Shown: in pieces, positions 40,901 through 51,264 of the stretch | Numbering within the stretch: position 1 is the stretch's first letter | How the letters are laid out: every line of letters begins with the position of its first letter | Assembly: GCA_013239625.1 (NCBI GenBank) | Contig: MU054001.1 | Coordinates: forward strand, 4,194,167-4,258,166 | Direction of reading: 5' to 3' | DNA: 64,000 nucleotides | Source of the DNA: Lama guanicoe | Taxonomy: Eukaryota | Notes under the pieces: model-generated | Told to the model about the DNA's origin: nothing | Seen by the model: only the letters and a program-made list of their open reading frames with translations | Database searches by the model: none | Program-made: the position numbers and the translations under genes

Positions 40901-42144
40901 ATGCTCTCCCTCCCCAGTCCCCTCCATCAGGCCTCCCCGGATTCCCAGGGGCTCTGTGCACACCTGCAGGGGACAGGTACAAGAGCACAGGAGCAAAGCC
41001 TCCTGGAGGAGAGGCCACTGATCCTGACTCTTAAAGAATGAATGATTATTTGAGGAAATAATGCCCAAAGGTGTCCCAGACAGGGGAAAAGCTGAGGAAG
41101 GGTACAGAGGTGACACTAGGGGGACGGGGGATAACAGGAAAGATGATTCTCAGCTGAACAGCACCTGGTTTCCCCCAGGGGCCCCTGAACTCCATGCAGA
41201 CAGACTGACTGGGGGGCCAGCACGCAGTGGGTGCTTAGCACCTATGTGCTGAGTGACGGAACAAATATCCTTGGGTTTATATCCACAGAGAAACAGGCAG
41301 CACTGACAGGGCACCTACTGGGTGCTGGCCCCCTTACACCTATCACCCTGCCAACACCCTCTAGTCTCTGATGTCCTCTTCTAGAACTTTACTGTCCCAC
41401 ACAGTAGCCACTAGCTACATGCACCTATTCAAAATTAAGTTTCCACTAATTAAAAATAAAGTTAAAAATTCAGTTCCTTGGTCATACTAGCCACATGTCA
41501 AGTGCTCAACAGCCACACACAAGGAATGGCTGTAGCAGGGCGAGGCCTAGATCAGAGATGATATTAGTGGCGTCTGCCTCAATAGCTGTGATGAGAAGGA
41601 TTCTGAGACCACAGCCAGGATCCGGAAGAAGGAGTGCGAGGATTGATTCATGATGTCTGCCATGGTACTGGAAGTGGCAGCAATGACACACAGGCCAGCC
41701 CTGACCTAGGCCTTCAATAGAATCAAAGTTCATTGTGGAGAAAAGTGAGGGTAATTTATTTGGCCAGATTAATGTCACATCTAAAACCACTTCCAGACTT
41801 AAAAATAAAAATAAAAAATGTGTCTTCCTCCAGCCTAAGTATTCCCCACAGCACTTCACAGCTGCAGAAACTCAGGCTTAAAGAAGACAGAGGCTTGCCC
41901 AAGGCCTCACAGGTACAAAGCATCAGAGCTGAGCCCAGAGGAGCCTGTGCTGCCCACGGCTGCCCTCACGTACCCCATAGCTGAAGGCGATGACGATAAG
42001 GGCGATGCAGGCAGTGACAGCCACCAGCAGGAGCGTGAGCAGCAGCGGCCCGTGCTGGCTGGTGAGACGGTACTTCTCGTAGAGTGCATCCTGGTCGGGG
42101 CCCTCCCCGCCCTCGTTGAGGAAGTAGCGCCCCTTGGTCGGCAT
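16794..42144 (-). CDS. ADCY7: Adenylate cyclase type 7 (membrane class III adenylyl cyclase), complete CDS, 25 coding exons, 1080 aa
   Basis: Starts [12 protein letters not shown], ends [13 protein letters not shown]; two TM clusters plus C1a ([35 protein letters not shown]) and C2a ([50 protein letters not shown]); exon lengths sum to 3243 nt with consistent phases. Confidence 0.98.
17151..17275 (-). CDS. ADCY7: ADCY7 coding exon 24 (GINHGPV...LGKIQ)
   Basis: ttcag|GCATAAAC...ATCCAG|gtaaaa; 125 nt. Confidence 0.95.
17870..17984 (-). CDS. ADCY7: ADCY7 coding exon 23 (DLERQHAH...FRLRV)
   Basis: ccgcag|GAC...GTTG|gtgagg; 115 nt. Confidence 0.95.
18344..18448 (-). CDS. ADCY7: ADCY7 coding exon 22 ([21 protein letters not shown]...HENQ)
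   Basis: ctacag|CTG...CAG|gtactc; 105 nt. Confidence 0.95.
19074..19220 (-). CDS. ADCY7: ADCY7 coding exon 21 (DWYHQSY...IADFDE)
   Basis: atccag|GAC...GAG|gtgcgc; 147 nt. Confidence 0.95.
19367..19641. repeat. MER5-like hAT remnant containing a perfect 118-bp direct duplication (19384-19501, 19512-19629)
   Basis: Termini cagtggttccc...ttgagaaccc resemble MER5A; the two 118-bp copies read as identical. Confidence 0.8.
20086..20241 (-). CDS. ADCY7: ADCY7 coding exon 20 (IDYYCRLD...GDKLNE)
   Basis: ccgcag|ATT...GAG|gtgtgg; 156 nt. Confidence 0.95.
20628..20718 (-). CDS. ADCY7: ADCY7 coding exon 19 ([10 protein letters not shown]...LSRQ)
   Basis: atccag|CAGCCC...CAG|gtacag; 91 nt (tandem acceptor could give 88 nt). 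Confidence 0.9.
21600..21793 (-). CDS. ADCY7: ADCY7 coding exon 18 (YYTCSCIL...NGTF)
   Basis: tcccag|TAT...TTCAG|gtgggg; 194 nt. Confidence 0.93.
22723..22821 (-). CDS. ADCY7: ADCY7 coding exon 17 ([17 protein letters not shown]...CELLP)
   Basis: ctgtag|CCA...CCG|gtgagt; 99 nt; contains an NET N-glycosylation sequon. Confidence 0.92.
23656..23781 (-). CDS. ADCY7: ADCY7 coding exon 16 (RCCPAWG...AVINL)
   Basis: ccacag|AGG...CTG|gtgggt; 126 nt. Confidence 0.93.
24224..24308 (-). CDS. ADCY7: ADCY7 coding exon 15 (VAALGVSFG...ADKFL)
   Basis: ctccag|GGTG...TTG|gtgagt; 85 nt. Confidence 0.93.
25231..25328 (-). CDS. ADCY7: ADCY7 coding exon 14 (YRLAPIPR...LLMP)
   Basis: ccccag|TAC...CCCAG|gtcagt; 98 nt. 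Confidence 0.93.
26543..26615 (-). CDS. ADCY7: ADCY7 coding exon 13 (PCCSKSDDF...GFERE)
   Basis: ccacag|GCCC...GAG|gtgagg; 73 nt. Confidence 0.93.
26900..26983 (-). CDS. ADCY7: ADCY7 coding exon 12 ([27 protein letters not shown])
   Basis: ttccag|AAGT...ACGAG|gtgagg; 84 nt. Confidence 0.92.
27482..27516 (-). CDS. ADCY7: ADCY7 coding exon 11, 35-nt micro-exon ([11 protein letters not shown])
   Basis: ttccag|GCC...GACAG|gtacgt; needed to keep frame between the flanking exons. Confidence 0.9.
27860..28054 (-). CDS. ADCY7: ADCY7 coding exon 10 (SQQPPPPSQ...NGRRPK)
   Basis: ccgcag|AGC...AAG|gtagga; 195 nt. Confidence 0.94.
29440..29760 (+). mobile_element. Old L1M (L1ME-like) 3' end remnant
   Basis: Degenerate L1ME-type tail ending tttgaattttcaactatgtgaatgaataaa. 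Confidence 0.45.
31048..31180 (-). CDS. ADCY7: ADCY7 coding exon 9 (RVHITEAT...VIDPR)
   Basis: ccccag|GCGG...CGG|gtacgc; 133 nt. Confidence 0.95.
31383..31541 (-). CDS. ADCY7: ADCY7 coding exon 8 (QVREATG...AAGVP)
   Basis: ccccag|GCAG...CCTGG|gtgagg; 159 nt. Confidence 0.95.
32978..33105 (-). CDS. ADCY7: ADCY7 coding exon 7 ([16 protein letters not shown]...MCEAI)
   Basis: ctgcag|GCC...ATTAA|gtaggt; 128 nt. Confidence 0.95.
33368..33970 (-). mobile_element. L2 LINE fragment
   Basis: ttcattcacc...tactgagtgccctgccctgccccagacactggga...cagcatgtgcaaaggccctgaggc, typical reverse L2 3' region. Confidence 0.7.
36056..36175. mobile_element. MER5A-like DNA transposon remnant
   Basis: ggtttctcaaactttaatgtgca...tcacctg...cttg...aaaaggcagattc. 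Confidence 0.6.
36505..36616 (-). CDS. ADCY7: ADCY7 coding exon 6 ([10 protein letters not shown]...DQIAK)
   Basis: tctcag|CATC...AAG|gtgagc; 112 nt. Confidence 0.95.
37624..37772 (-). CDS. ADCY7: ADCY7 coding exon 5 (ENLLLSVLP...RHQNV)
   Basis: gtgcag|GAG...GTCAG|gtgggc; 149 nt. Confidence 0.95.
38083..38232 (-). CDS. ADCY7: ADCY7 coding exon 4 (LLANAVVF...EKRQQ)
   Basis: ccgcag|CTG...CAG|gtgggg; 150 nt. Confidence 0.95.
38977..39138 (-). CDS. ADCY7: ADCY7 coding exon 3 (VPFFLFIV...RLGLQ)
   Basis: ccgcag|GTG...CAG|gtgagg; 162 nt. Confidence 0.95.
40063..40884. repeat. Direct repeat pair (~165 bp; 40063-40226 and 40720-40884) flanking ADCY7 coding exon 2
   Basis: Both read cctgagcagggtcacctgtggcttcc...aaacatcaggttctttcttacctca...cctaagcatccttcccagc; about 90% identical by eye. 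Confidence 0.9.
40424..40627 (-). CDS. ADCY7: ADCY7 coding exon 2 (EPSEHQAVL...CAWEQ)
   Basis: acccag|GAA...CAG|gtaaca; 204 nt. Confidence 0.95.
41390..41540. mobile_element. MER3-like hAT MITE
   Basis: ctgtcccacacagtagccactagctacatg...aaaaattcagttcct...ctagccacatgtcaagtgctcaacagccaca. Confidence 0.75.
41974..42144 (-). CDS. ADCY7: ADCY7 first coding exon (MPTKGRYF...AFSYG)
   Basis: ggaggATGC start; TATGGG|gtacgt donor; 171 coding nt. Confidence 0.95.
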
Positions 42145-42409
42145 CCTCCACCTTTGGTACGCTGCCCAGCAGTCCACTCAGGACACGCTGGGGCCCGGGG
42201 AGCATCTGTCTGCCGACACCCGCCCCATGTGCCTAGGCCTCCAGCCTCTCCGAGCCCAGCAGGCGGGGCTGGGGAGGCGGCCCCTCAGCCTGCAGCTCCA
42301 TGGGCACGCGGGGCCTGCCCTGCCTCAGCTCCCGGGCTGCGCTCACTGCACCGACGGCATCTTCCTTTGCATCCAGGACCGATTCAACAGACACACGGGG
42401 TCCTACGCT
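42145..42409 (-). other. ADCY7: ADCY7 5' UTR part of the first coding exon (spliced from an upstream non-coding exon)
   Basis: Strong acceptor gtttgctttgtgtctctgcag ending at 42410, 265 nt upstream of the ATG. Confidence 0.7.
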
Positions 42410-42576
42410 CTGCAGAGACACAAAGCAAACCAGGATTTGACCTGGACTGGAGAGCAGGGCCAGGCCTCACAGCCCCAGGTCTGATTTATCAACCTGAACC
42501 CAAACCTCTTAGGTCGTGTTTAAAATTCCGCCCACCCTGAGGTCAGAAGGCTAGTTCCCTGGTGTTTCCTATAACT

Positions 42577-42760
42577 GTACTGTCCAACATGGTAGCCACT
42601 AGCCACTCATGGCTACCTAAAAGTAACTTAAATTTAACTTTAAAATTAAACTCAAGTTGATTTAAAGTGAAATAAAAAATTCGGTCCCTCAGCCACACCA
42701 GTCACATCTCAACTGCTCAACAGCCACATGCAGAGAATGGCTACCATATTGGGCAGTGCA
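42577..42760. mobile_element. MER3-like hAT MITE
   Basis: ctgtccaacatggtagccactagccac...tgctcaacagccacatg...tggctaccatattgggcagtgcag with inverted termini. Confidence 0.8.
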
Positions 42761-42814
42761 GATACAGCCCCCTTCTGTCTTCCAGAAGCTGCCACTGAAC
42801 AGCACTGACTGTTT

Positions 42815-43130
42815 TACTTTCAAGTGTAGGTCTCTGATGCATCTCAAGGAATTCTTACGTATGGTGTGAGGCAGGGATCAAGCTTCTTTTCTTTTTTCTG
42901 AATGGATATCTAATTATCCCAGCAGCTTTTAGTGAAGCCACAATCCTTCCATCAAGACTTTCAGTGGAGCCACCTTTGTCCTAAGTCAAGTGACTGTGCA
43001 TGTGAATTCTGTTTGCAGGTTTTCTTCTGTTCCAATGGTCCTCATGCAAAGACCACATTCACTCAATGACTGGGGCTTTTCAGTGAGTCCTGTGTCTCAG
43101 ACTCTAATGCCTCCTTCACCCAGAGCATCC
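42815..43130 (-). mobile_element. Old L1 ORF2 fragment
   Basis: gtatggtgtgaggcagggatc...atggatatctaattatcccagca, reverse L1 ORF2 pattern. Confidence 0.55.
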
Positions 43131-44237
43131 CCCTTGCATTCATATTATGTTACACTTCCACGTAAGACTGAAATTTTATAAAAAGGGCTCAGTAACGAGA
43201 ATTTAAGATGTTTTCAAGCACTGCTTCATAGAAAAAGAACCTGAACCTCAGAGAAGAATACAGTGGATGGACCTTTTACGACGAAGTTGAGAGCAGACCC
43301 CAGGCTTTTGATGCTCAGCCCAGAGGGGCTCCTTCTTTGCACAGCACCATTCATTTATTTGCTCATTCATTTATTCCCAAAAGGATTGTTAATCATGCCT
43401 GTGGCACACCAGGCCCACTATACCTCCTGTGTGCCAGGCTGGCTCTCTCTCCCTCTCTAGGGCTCCCAGTCTCCAGGGAGAGAAAGTTACCCAAAAATGT
43501 GCACTCCCTACATGCAGCAACTGGGGCTTGGGGTGGCTGCCATATTCCCAGGGGGAACTTTGTGTCAAGAGAGCAGCCCTGGATGGGGAATCCAGCACCC
43601 CCTCGACATCCTCCTGGCCTGCCTCAGAGATACGAACCAGGACAGGGCAGGTGGCAGAGGGCAGGGAGACTGTAAGACATGAGGAAGCTCAGGGCAATTA
43701 CAAAGGATGCAAATAACCACCTGTGGAAGCTGCAATGGAAAGTCAGTCCAGAGCCCCCAAAGGCAGAATAGTGGGGTACTCAGAGTCACAGCAACTGAGT
43801 GAAGCCCCCCCGCAGGGAATGCCAGCTGCCTTGGGTAACCCAGGGCCACCTCATATCCAGAAGCCACCTGCAGCACTATTCCATCTGGGAGCTCCTACTC
43901 CACAAATCCCAGGGACAAAATGGAAAAAAATACGTGTTTGAGGGAGGAGCAAGGGGCCGTTTGCCCGAAGTTCTGGCCCCTCTGCTCCCTCTAGGCCCAG
44001 GCAGGTGTCCACAAGCCTGGGCAACTACCTGTTTAATCCAGGCAACCCTGGGGGGTTGGGCCAGGGCTGCCAAAGTGTCCAAAGTGCTTGGACAAGCTAC
44101 AAATCTGTTTCCTACATAAAACACAAATTTTCAAATGCTGGCAGCTAAATTTTAAAATTTGAGTGGTGCAGCCTACTCGTTAGAGTGCCACCTCTAAATC
44201 TACACCTACCAGTCTTTGTTCCACAAGAGGCATTTTT

Positions 44238-44341
44238 AAACATTTTTTAAACTAATCTTTTAGTGGAGGTACTGGGGATTGAACCCAGGGCCTTCTGCAT
44301 GCTGAGCACGTGCTCTACCACTGAGCTATTCCCACCCCTCC
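44238..44341 (-). mobile_element. tRNA-derived SINE (camelid Vic-1-like)
   Basis: Reverse strand gggtgggaatagctcagtggtagagcacgtgc...ctgggttcaatccccagtacctcc with Pol III A/B boxes; TSD gaggcattttt (44227-44237 / 44342-44352). Confidence 0.88.
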
Positions 44342-45789
44342 GAGGCATTTTTTGAGCACTAATGATGTAGGACCAGCCCTGTGCTGAAGAGTTCACAAAA
44401 TAAGAGAAGGCCCCCGCCCTGAGAAGCCCCCACTCCAGGGCACCCCTAGAACAGCTGTAATGCTGTCCCACCAGGTGCCTGCACACACACACACATCTCT
44501 ACTCTCCCCCTCACAGCCTGCTAAGGCCAAGGTGTCACAGCCATTTTACAGACACAGAAGTGAATCCAAAGAGGTAGAGTGACTTGACTACGATCACACA
44601 GCTGGAGCTGGTTGGTAGAAGGGCTGGGACTCAAACCTAGGCAGGTCAGCCAGCTCCCAAACCAGGGCTTCTCGGCCCAATCTCGCTGTCTCACTGAACT
44701 GAGAAAGACTTCCCCACGGAGCTCCTTCCAGAAGCAGCAGCTCCTGGGGACTGAACCAGTTGCCCAAAGTATACACAACACTGCCTGTCCCTCTGGCCAG
44801 ATGCCAAACACCAGTGCACAAGGACTGCCAGGCCGGGAAATCCCAAACCCCAAGGGGCCAGGGCAACGCCCCACAGCTGCTCCATCCCCTAGGCAAAGCT
44901 CCGAGGCCAGAACTGGGCACGGCCAGGACATGCACAAGCACACGCGCACCTCATAGCCTTTCATCCCCAGATGCCGACCTGCCCTTCCAGGCACACAAAA
45001 CCTGGCTGAGCCAGGCATGGAGAGAAAAGGACCTGGCAAAATGTTCCCGAGGGTCTGTGGGAATCCAGGCCTGGTAAACACTCCTCTCAGTGATCTAATT
45101 AGGCCACTTCCTGGGCAACGGCAGGCAGCACAGGAGGTGGACAATGGACAGAACTGGACAGCACCGGACACAGGGACTTCAGCACACCCAGGGACCTCGT
45201 CCAGCTGCTGGAACAAACAGAGCAGCACAAGGCAGGGCAGGGAGGAAAGACTGCATTTCTCCCTCCTGGAGATGACCCAGCACCAACAGGCATCTCCACA
45301 GAACCAGCCCCTCTCCAGGAGCCACCCTCAAAATGAGACCCAGAGGCCCCCTCTGCTAGGGACAGTTTCAGTGTCCCTCTGTCCCATCACCAGTTCTTCT
45401 TGACAACTCAGCTGGCAACTGGGAGGGCCCGTCTGAAGCCCTGGATGAAGGAACTCCTTTGCCACATCTCCAACAAATGCTCCTGCAGCCTCAGCCAGCA
45501 TGCCTCAGTGACGCGGAGCTCATCATCTCTCAGGGCAGTCTTCCCAGCACTGGGCACCACTCTGGCTGTAAGTCCTCCCTGAGGTCAAGCTAAGTCTGCC
45601 AATCGCTCCCTCACCCCCACCCCGCTTGCCTTGTCTGAACTCCAAAAACCAAGAGCAGAGACACTGAGGCCCCTTCACCTGGGGGGACTGGTCCCAGGGT
45701 TCCTTCACTGTCACTTACACCTCACGAGAACTCTGGCAGGAGAGCAGCCCCATCTCACGGAAGAGGGGTTCCAGTTGGAAGGGTGTTTC

Positions 45790-46190
45790 CTGCTTTTGCT
45801 GGGCACTGCCCTCTCCCCCCTTCTCAGCCCCTGGTTCAGGGGCCATGTGACCCAGGTCTGGCTCATCAGCAGTCTCTCCCAAGCCCCCTCGACTGGTTCA
45901 AGGATGGACATGTGACCAAAACCAAGCCAGTGAGAATCCTTCCTAGGACTTCTGTTGATACGGGGAAGAGATGCTCTGGAGCTGCTAGCAGCCACCTGAG
46001 TGGCCACCTGAGACCAAAGCCCATGCAGAGACCTGGAGAGAGACAGTGTCCTGAACCTACCCCCTGAGCCCCTGGATCCAGTTCTGCCAGGGGCTCAAGC
46101 GACCCCCAGACATTTACTTGTATGGGATAATCAACACACCTCACAGCTGAAGCCAGTGTGAGCTTCTGGCCCTTGCAACCAAGAGTCCCA
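45790..46190 (+). mobile_element. ERVL LTR remnant (LTR16-like)
   Basis: gactggttcaaggatggacatgtgacc...gagcccctggatccag...cttgcaaccaagagtcc resembles LTR16-type LTRs. Confidence 0.55.
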
Positions 46191-49100
46191 AGGTCCATGT
46201 TGGGCCTCCCAGTTTGCTGTGTCCAGAAAGCCCTCGTGGCCCCTTGATGAGACTAGAGTCAGGGCGAGTTAGCTCAGAGGTGGGAGCAGACCCCTGCAGA
46301 CGCAGCCAGTCCTGGCTAAGACCCCCTGCAAGGGGGCTGGGCCAGGGAGGGGAACCCTCCCCCCATGCCCACCCCATGTCCCCTCTGTCACTGTGTCCCA
46401 GACTGCACAGCTCAGGCCAGGCCAGACCACAGAAGACCCAGGCAGCAGGGCAGCAGGAGGCGCAGGGCCACAGGAGGCAGGGCAGGGGGCTCCCCAAGTC
46501 CTCTCCAGGGGCCTCCAGTGACCCCCAGTGGCCCTGTGGGAGGAACTAGGGAGCCCAGGGTATGCTTAGGGAGAAACTGATACCAAGGGAATCAAGCTTC
46601 TCTTCCACATGCTGTCCTGGTGGGCTCTGAGCCCCTGGAGTCCCAGAGGCTGTGATTGAGTGGGGCAAATGATGCCCTAAACAAAATCTACTGAGTGCTT
46701 ACTGCATGCCCAGCACTGTAGTCTCTTTAAATCCACACCCCTGTCCCATAGGTGAGGATGACTACTGCGTCTGTTTTATGGATGTGGGAATGAGGCACAG
46801 AGAGATTCAATCACTTGCCCAAGGTCACACAGCTAGTAAAAGAGAGAATACAGGGTGAATACAGGTCATCCAGGGTCCTGCCCTTCACCTGCATGGTGCT
46901 GACATCCACAGAACATGTAACATCTCAAAATGCCAACCCCTTCCTGCCCTCCCTCCTCAAGGCCAAGGGCAGAGGGTGGGGACAAAGTGGACCTCATCAA
47001 GGAAACTCCCTCTGCCTTAGAGAGGCAAGGTCAGGCAACCGTGCCAGGGAGCCTCCTCGCAGCCAGCAAGACCCAGGAGGGCCTCTTCCTCCAGGAAGCC
47101 CTCTGAGCTACCCACATATACCACCTTCTCCCTTCTTTGCAACCGAGACAGGACTGGGGTCTTCTTGCCAAATACTGATGGGAAGATTCCAAGTTTCTCA
47201 GCCAGAAGAACTGCTGGAAATAGGGGGCTGGGACCTCAAATTATGACTGCAAAGCTGGGCCCTCAGGGGTGCTCAGGAAATCCTTTTCCAGCAGAACCGG
47301 CTGATCTGGCAGCAGCCCCAGCCCCACCACACCCCTGGGGGAGTCTAGTCCACCCCAGCTTTCACAGACACAGACAGAGTACCCACTTCCTCACCCAAGC
47401 AGTACTGGCAGGAACCCAGTCTGGTTTCCTTTGACCCTGCCCTGGCAGGCCCGGGGCTGGACCAGCCCGAGAAAGGGGAAGTGAGGCCTTGGGGGGTGGG
47501 GGTGGGGGTGGGGCAGGCAAGCCTAAGGAGAGGAGAGGCCCCACTCAGGGTGGACCCTGTGCCCATACCCCACTCAGGTGACCACACTGCTGCCCCCAGG
47601 AACCCACAAGCACAGTCTCACCCACCAGGCCTACCCAGCGCTTGGTGGGCTGGGTCACTGGCAGATTTTTCCTTTGCTGAGGGAGTCTCAGTTAGTGCCA
47701 CCTCCCTCAGGGACCTGCATCTCTGTGAAGGAGAGCCAGCAGCTGCTCTGCCCAGCCCAGGCCTGGCACAAAGGGGCACCCAGGAAACCTCAAGGGCTAA
47801 GGGCCTCTCCACGCCTTAGCTCATGCCAGGGCCTGACCTCCCCCACAACACCCTTCTCTCTCAGGCATGTCTCCGCTCCGAGACACCTGTCAAACATCCC
47901 AGCAACTGCTCACCCAGCTGTTGTGGGCTCTGTGTCTGTGTCCTGCAGCTGGGGCCCAGCTGATGCTTGTGGGACAGGTGGATAGAGGGGTGAGTCAACC
48001 AGCTACAATCCTGAACTGGGCAGAAAGGTGGGGAAAAGCAGGCAGGGCAGCTTTGGTGAGGAAGGCAAAGAGGCTGAGTAGAAGAGGATGAAACCAGATG
48101 AAAGGGTCTCTCTCAGAACAGGAAGCACCTGCTGCATCACACCTTTCCCCAGGTAAGCTGTACCAGGGAGGGAGGAGGCTGGGTTCACATCCCATCTCTG
48201 CTACCCTTGGCCATATGAATGGCAAAGTCTCTCACACTCTGGGCCTCAATTTCCTCATCGGTAAACTGGGGTGCTGATACCCAAGCTGGGGGGAGAGTGA
48301 GACGCAGGTCCTCACAACTGACAGGCCAAGTTTGTGAGGATAAAACAGCAAACGAGCCCAGAAGGAAGGGGCAATTCCTAGAGCTGGGGAAGCCCAACCA
48401 GGAAGCCCCAACAGGACAGACAGAGTGCAAAAAGGCAGAGCCCCCAAGGACTCGATATCTCCCCACAGCCTGGACAGTCTGTAAGGCCACCAGGCAGGGG
48501 AAACAGCCACAACAGCATAATTATGCCCCCAGCCAGCCCTGCTCCCCAAGGACCCCCAGGCTGACTCTACCCTAACCCCTGGGACCACAGGCTGCCACTC
48601 AGTATTGGGGTCCAGAGACCTGTGTTCCAGCCCCAGCTCTGCCACCAACATGCTCTGCGACCCGTACCTGGTCTGGGCCTCGGCTTCCCCTCTTGTAAAG
48701 GAGTGGCTATGTCAGAACTCTGAGGCTGGGCGGGGAGTGGAGGCTGAATCATAAAACAAGAACGGAGGAAAAGCTGAAAAGCCTGCGTGTCGTCACCTGG
48801 CCCCAGAGGGCTAGATCTAGGGCTGGGGTAGGGCGTTACATTTGTTCCTGAACTTCTCCCTTCCACTTTTCCTCTGCAGTAAGCATTACCCTAGTAGGTC
48901 TCTCCTCTAAAACACAGACACCTTGTCAGCTCTCACCCCCAAAGCTCCAGCTGCCAGGGATAATAAATTTGGTTTCCTGTCTCCTGTGCCAGTTCTAATG
49001 ATGGTTAGTGACTGCCTGGGAAGAGTTCATCCAGTCATTCATTCAGCTTAAGAAGGATTCATGCGTTCATTCCCTCAGCAGATGTGCACCAACACCTTCT

Positions 49101-49611
49101 GTCTGCCAGGCACCAGGCCAGGCTCCTAAAAGGGAAGCAGCTCCAGCCACAAGCTTTCAGAAGGCAGACACCTCAGTGCTCCCTTCCCCCAGGTGTCTAC
49201 AAGGGCTCTGCCTCAGTGTGTTCAGGCAACAGTGTTTATTAACTGACTGACCAATCAGCTAGGGCCTAGCATTGACTAGATAGCGATATTTCCCCCAACT
49301 CTTGCCTGAAATCCCATCATTAGTGAGTCATTCCTTAAGTACTACCCTCACTAAGTTCCTCTTTAGAAGGAAAATGCTTTCATGCCCGTGCTTCACTCCT
49401 TACCCCTTTCCCCTCAGTAGGAAGAACAGAAAGCGGAAGTCTAGCCGGCCTTCAGAGACCTCACGCGGCGCTGGCCCTGCCCAGGATGGCAGGGCAGTGG
49501 GCTTCCCATGGCCCACCCAGACGATGGGTCCACTGGGGATAGCAGATACAATCAAGAGTAGCCACTGCCCTGGAGAGGGCCAGAAGGACTTAGGTTTAAG
49601 TCTGAATTCCT

Positions 49612-49749
49612 GGGGGACGGTATGGCTCAGTGGTAGAGCACATGCCTAGCATGCATGAGGTCCTGGGTCCCGGGTCCAATCCCCAGTATCTCCATTAAAA
49701 GAATAAATAGATAAAAATAGATAAATCTAGTTACCCTCCCCACCAAAAA
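49612..49749 (+). mobile_element. tRNA-derived SINE (camelid Vic-1-like)
   Basis: gggggacggtatggctcagtggtagagcacatgcctagcatgcatgaggtcctggg...ccccagtatctcc plus A-rich tail. Confidence 0.85.
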
Positions 49750-50312
49750 TAGTCTTACCTCCTGCACTGGGTAGGAATAAGCCTACCCAAGGAGGCAAAA
49801 GACTTGTACTCTGAAAACTGAGACACTGATGAAGAAATTGAAGATGACATAAACAAATGGAAAGATATACTGCATTCTTGGACTGAAAGAATCAGTATTG
49901 TTAAAATGGCCATACTGCCCAAGGCAATTTACAGATTCAATGCAGTCCCTATCAAATTACCAACGACATTCTTCACAGAGCTGGAACAAAAAAAGTTAAA
50001 ATTTGTATGGAAACACAAAAGACCCCTAATAGCCAAAACAATCTTGAAAAAGAAGAATGGAGCTGGAGGAATCACACTCCCTGACTTCAGACTATACTAC
50101 AAAGCTACGGTAATCAAAACAGTATGGTACTGGCAAAAAAACGGACACATAGATCAATGGAACAGGATAGAAAGTCCAGAAATAAACTCACACACATATG
50201 GTCAATTAATCTATGACAATGGAGGCAAGAATATACAATGGAGAAAAGACAGTCTCTTCAATAAGTGGTGCTGGGAAAACGGGACAGCTACATGTAAAAG
50301 AATGAAATTAGA

Positions 50313-50483
50313 TTACACTGTATAGCACAGGGAAATATACACAAAATGTTATGATAAATCACAGAGAAAAAAATGTGATAATGAGTGTGTATATGTCCAT
50401 GAATGACTGAAAAATTGTGCTGAACACTGGAATTTGACACAACACTGTAAAATGATTATGAATCAATAAAAAATGTAAAAAAA
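50313..50483 (+). mobile_element. Short L1 3'-end fragment nested in the older L1
   Basis: L1 tail with AATAAA and poly(A), flanked by a perfect 17-bp TSD aaaagaatgaaattaga (50296-50312 / 50484-50500). Confidence 0.9.
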
Positions 50484-51264
50484 AAAAGAATGAAATTAGA
50501 ACATTCCCTAATACCATGTACAGAAATAAACTCAAAATGGATTAAAGACCTAAATGTAAGACCAGATACTATAAAACTCCTAGAGGAAAATATAGGCAGA
50601 ACACTCTCAGACATAAATCACAGAATATATTTTTTGAACCAGCTCCCAGAGTAATGGAAATAAAAGCAAAAACAGGCAAATGGGATCTAATTAAACTTAA
50701 AAGCTTTTGCACAGCTAAGGATATATCAACAAAACAAAAAGACAACCTACAGAATGGGAAAAAATATTTGCAAATGATGTGACCGACAAGGGACTAATTT
50801 CCAAAATATACAAACAGCTCATACACCTTAATATCAAAAAAACAAGCAACCCAATCCAAAAATGGGCAGAAGACCTAAACAAGCAATTCTCCAATGCTTG
50901 ACAAAGCAAGACATACAAATGGCCAACAGTCACATGAAAAAATGCTTAGCATCACTAATTGTCAGAGAAATGCAGATAAAAACTACAATGATGTATCACC
51001 TCACACCAGCCAGAACGGCCATTGTTAAAAAGTCTACTAATGATAGATGCTGGAGAAGGTGTGGAGAAAAGGGAACCCTCCTACACTGCCGGTGGGAGTC
51101 TATATTGGTGCAGCCACTATGGAAGACAGTATTGAGGTTCCTTAAAAAACTAAAAATAGACTTACCACATGATCCAGCAATCCCACTCCTGAACATATAC
51201 TAGAGAAAAATAAAATTCCAAAAGATACATGCACCCCAATGTTCATAGCAGCACTATTTACAAA

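Noticed and set aside
44262..44338. tRNA-like sequence with A and B boxes (also near 49615, 51350, 51705)
   Set aside because: AT-rich tails, TSDs and a degenerate cloverleaf identify these as SINEs, not tRNA genes.
25600..48900. Many 100-250 aa ORFs on both strands (e.g. 32067-32819, 39971-40708, 44521-45228)
   Set aside because: Expected by chance in GC-rich intronic DNA or antisense to ADCY7 exons; no recognisable domains or consistent splice structure.
49906..51203. ORFs of 139 aa and 113 aa with clear protein-like sequence
   Set aside because: Fragments of L1 ORF2p broken by insertions and frameshifts; not a host gene or an intact element.
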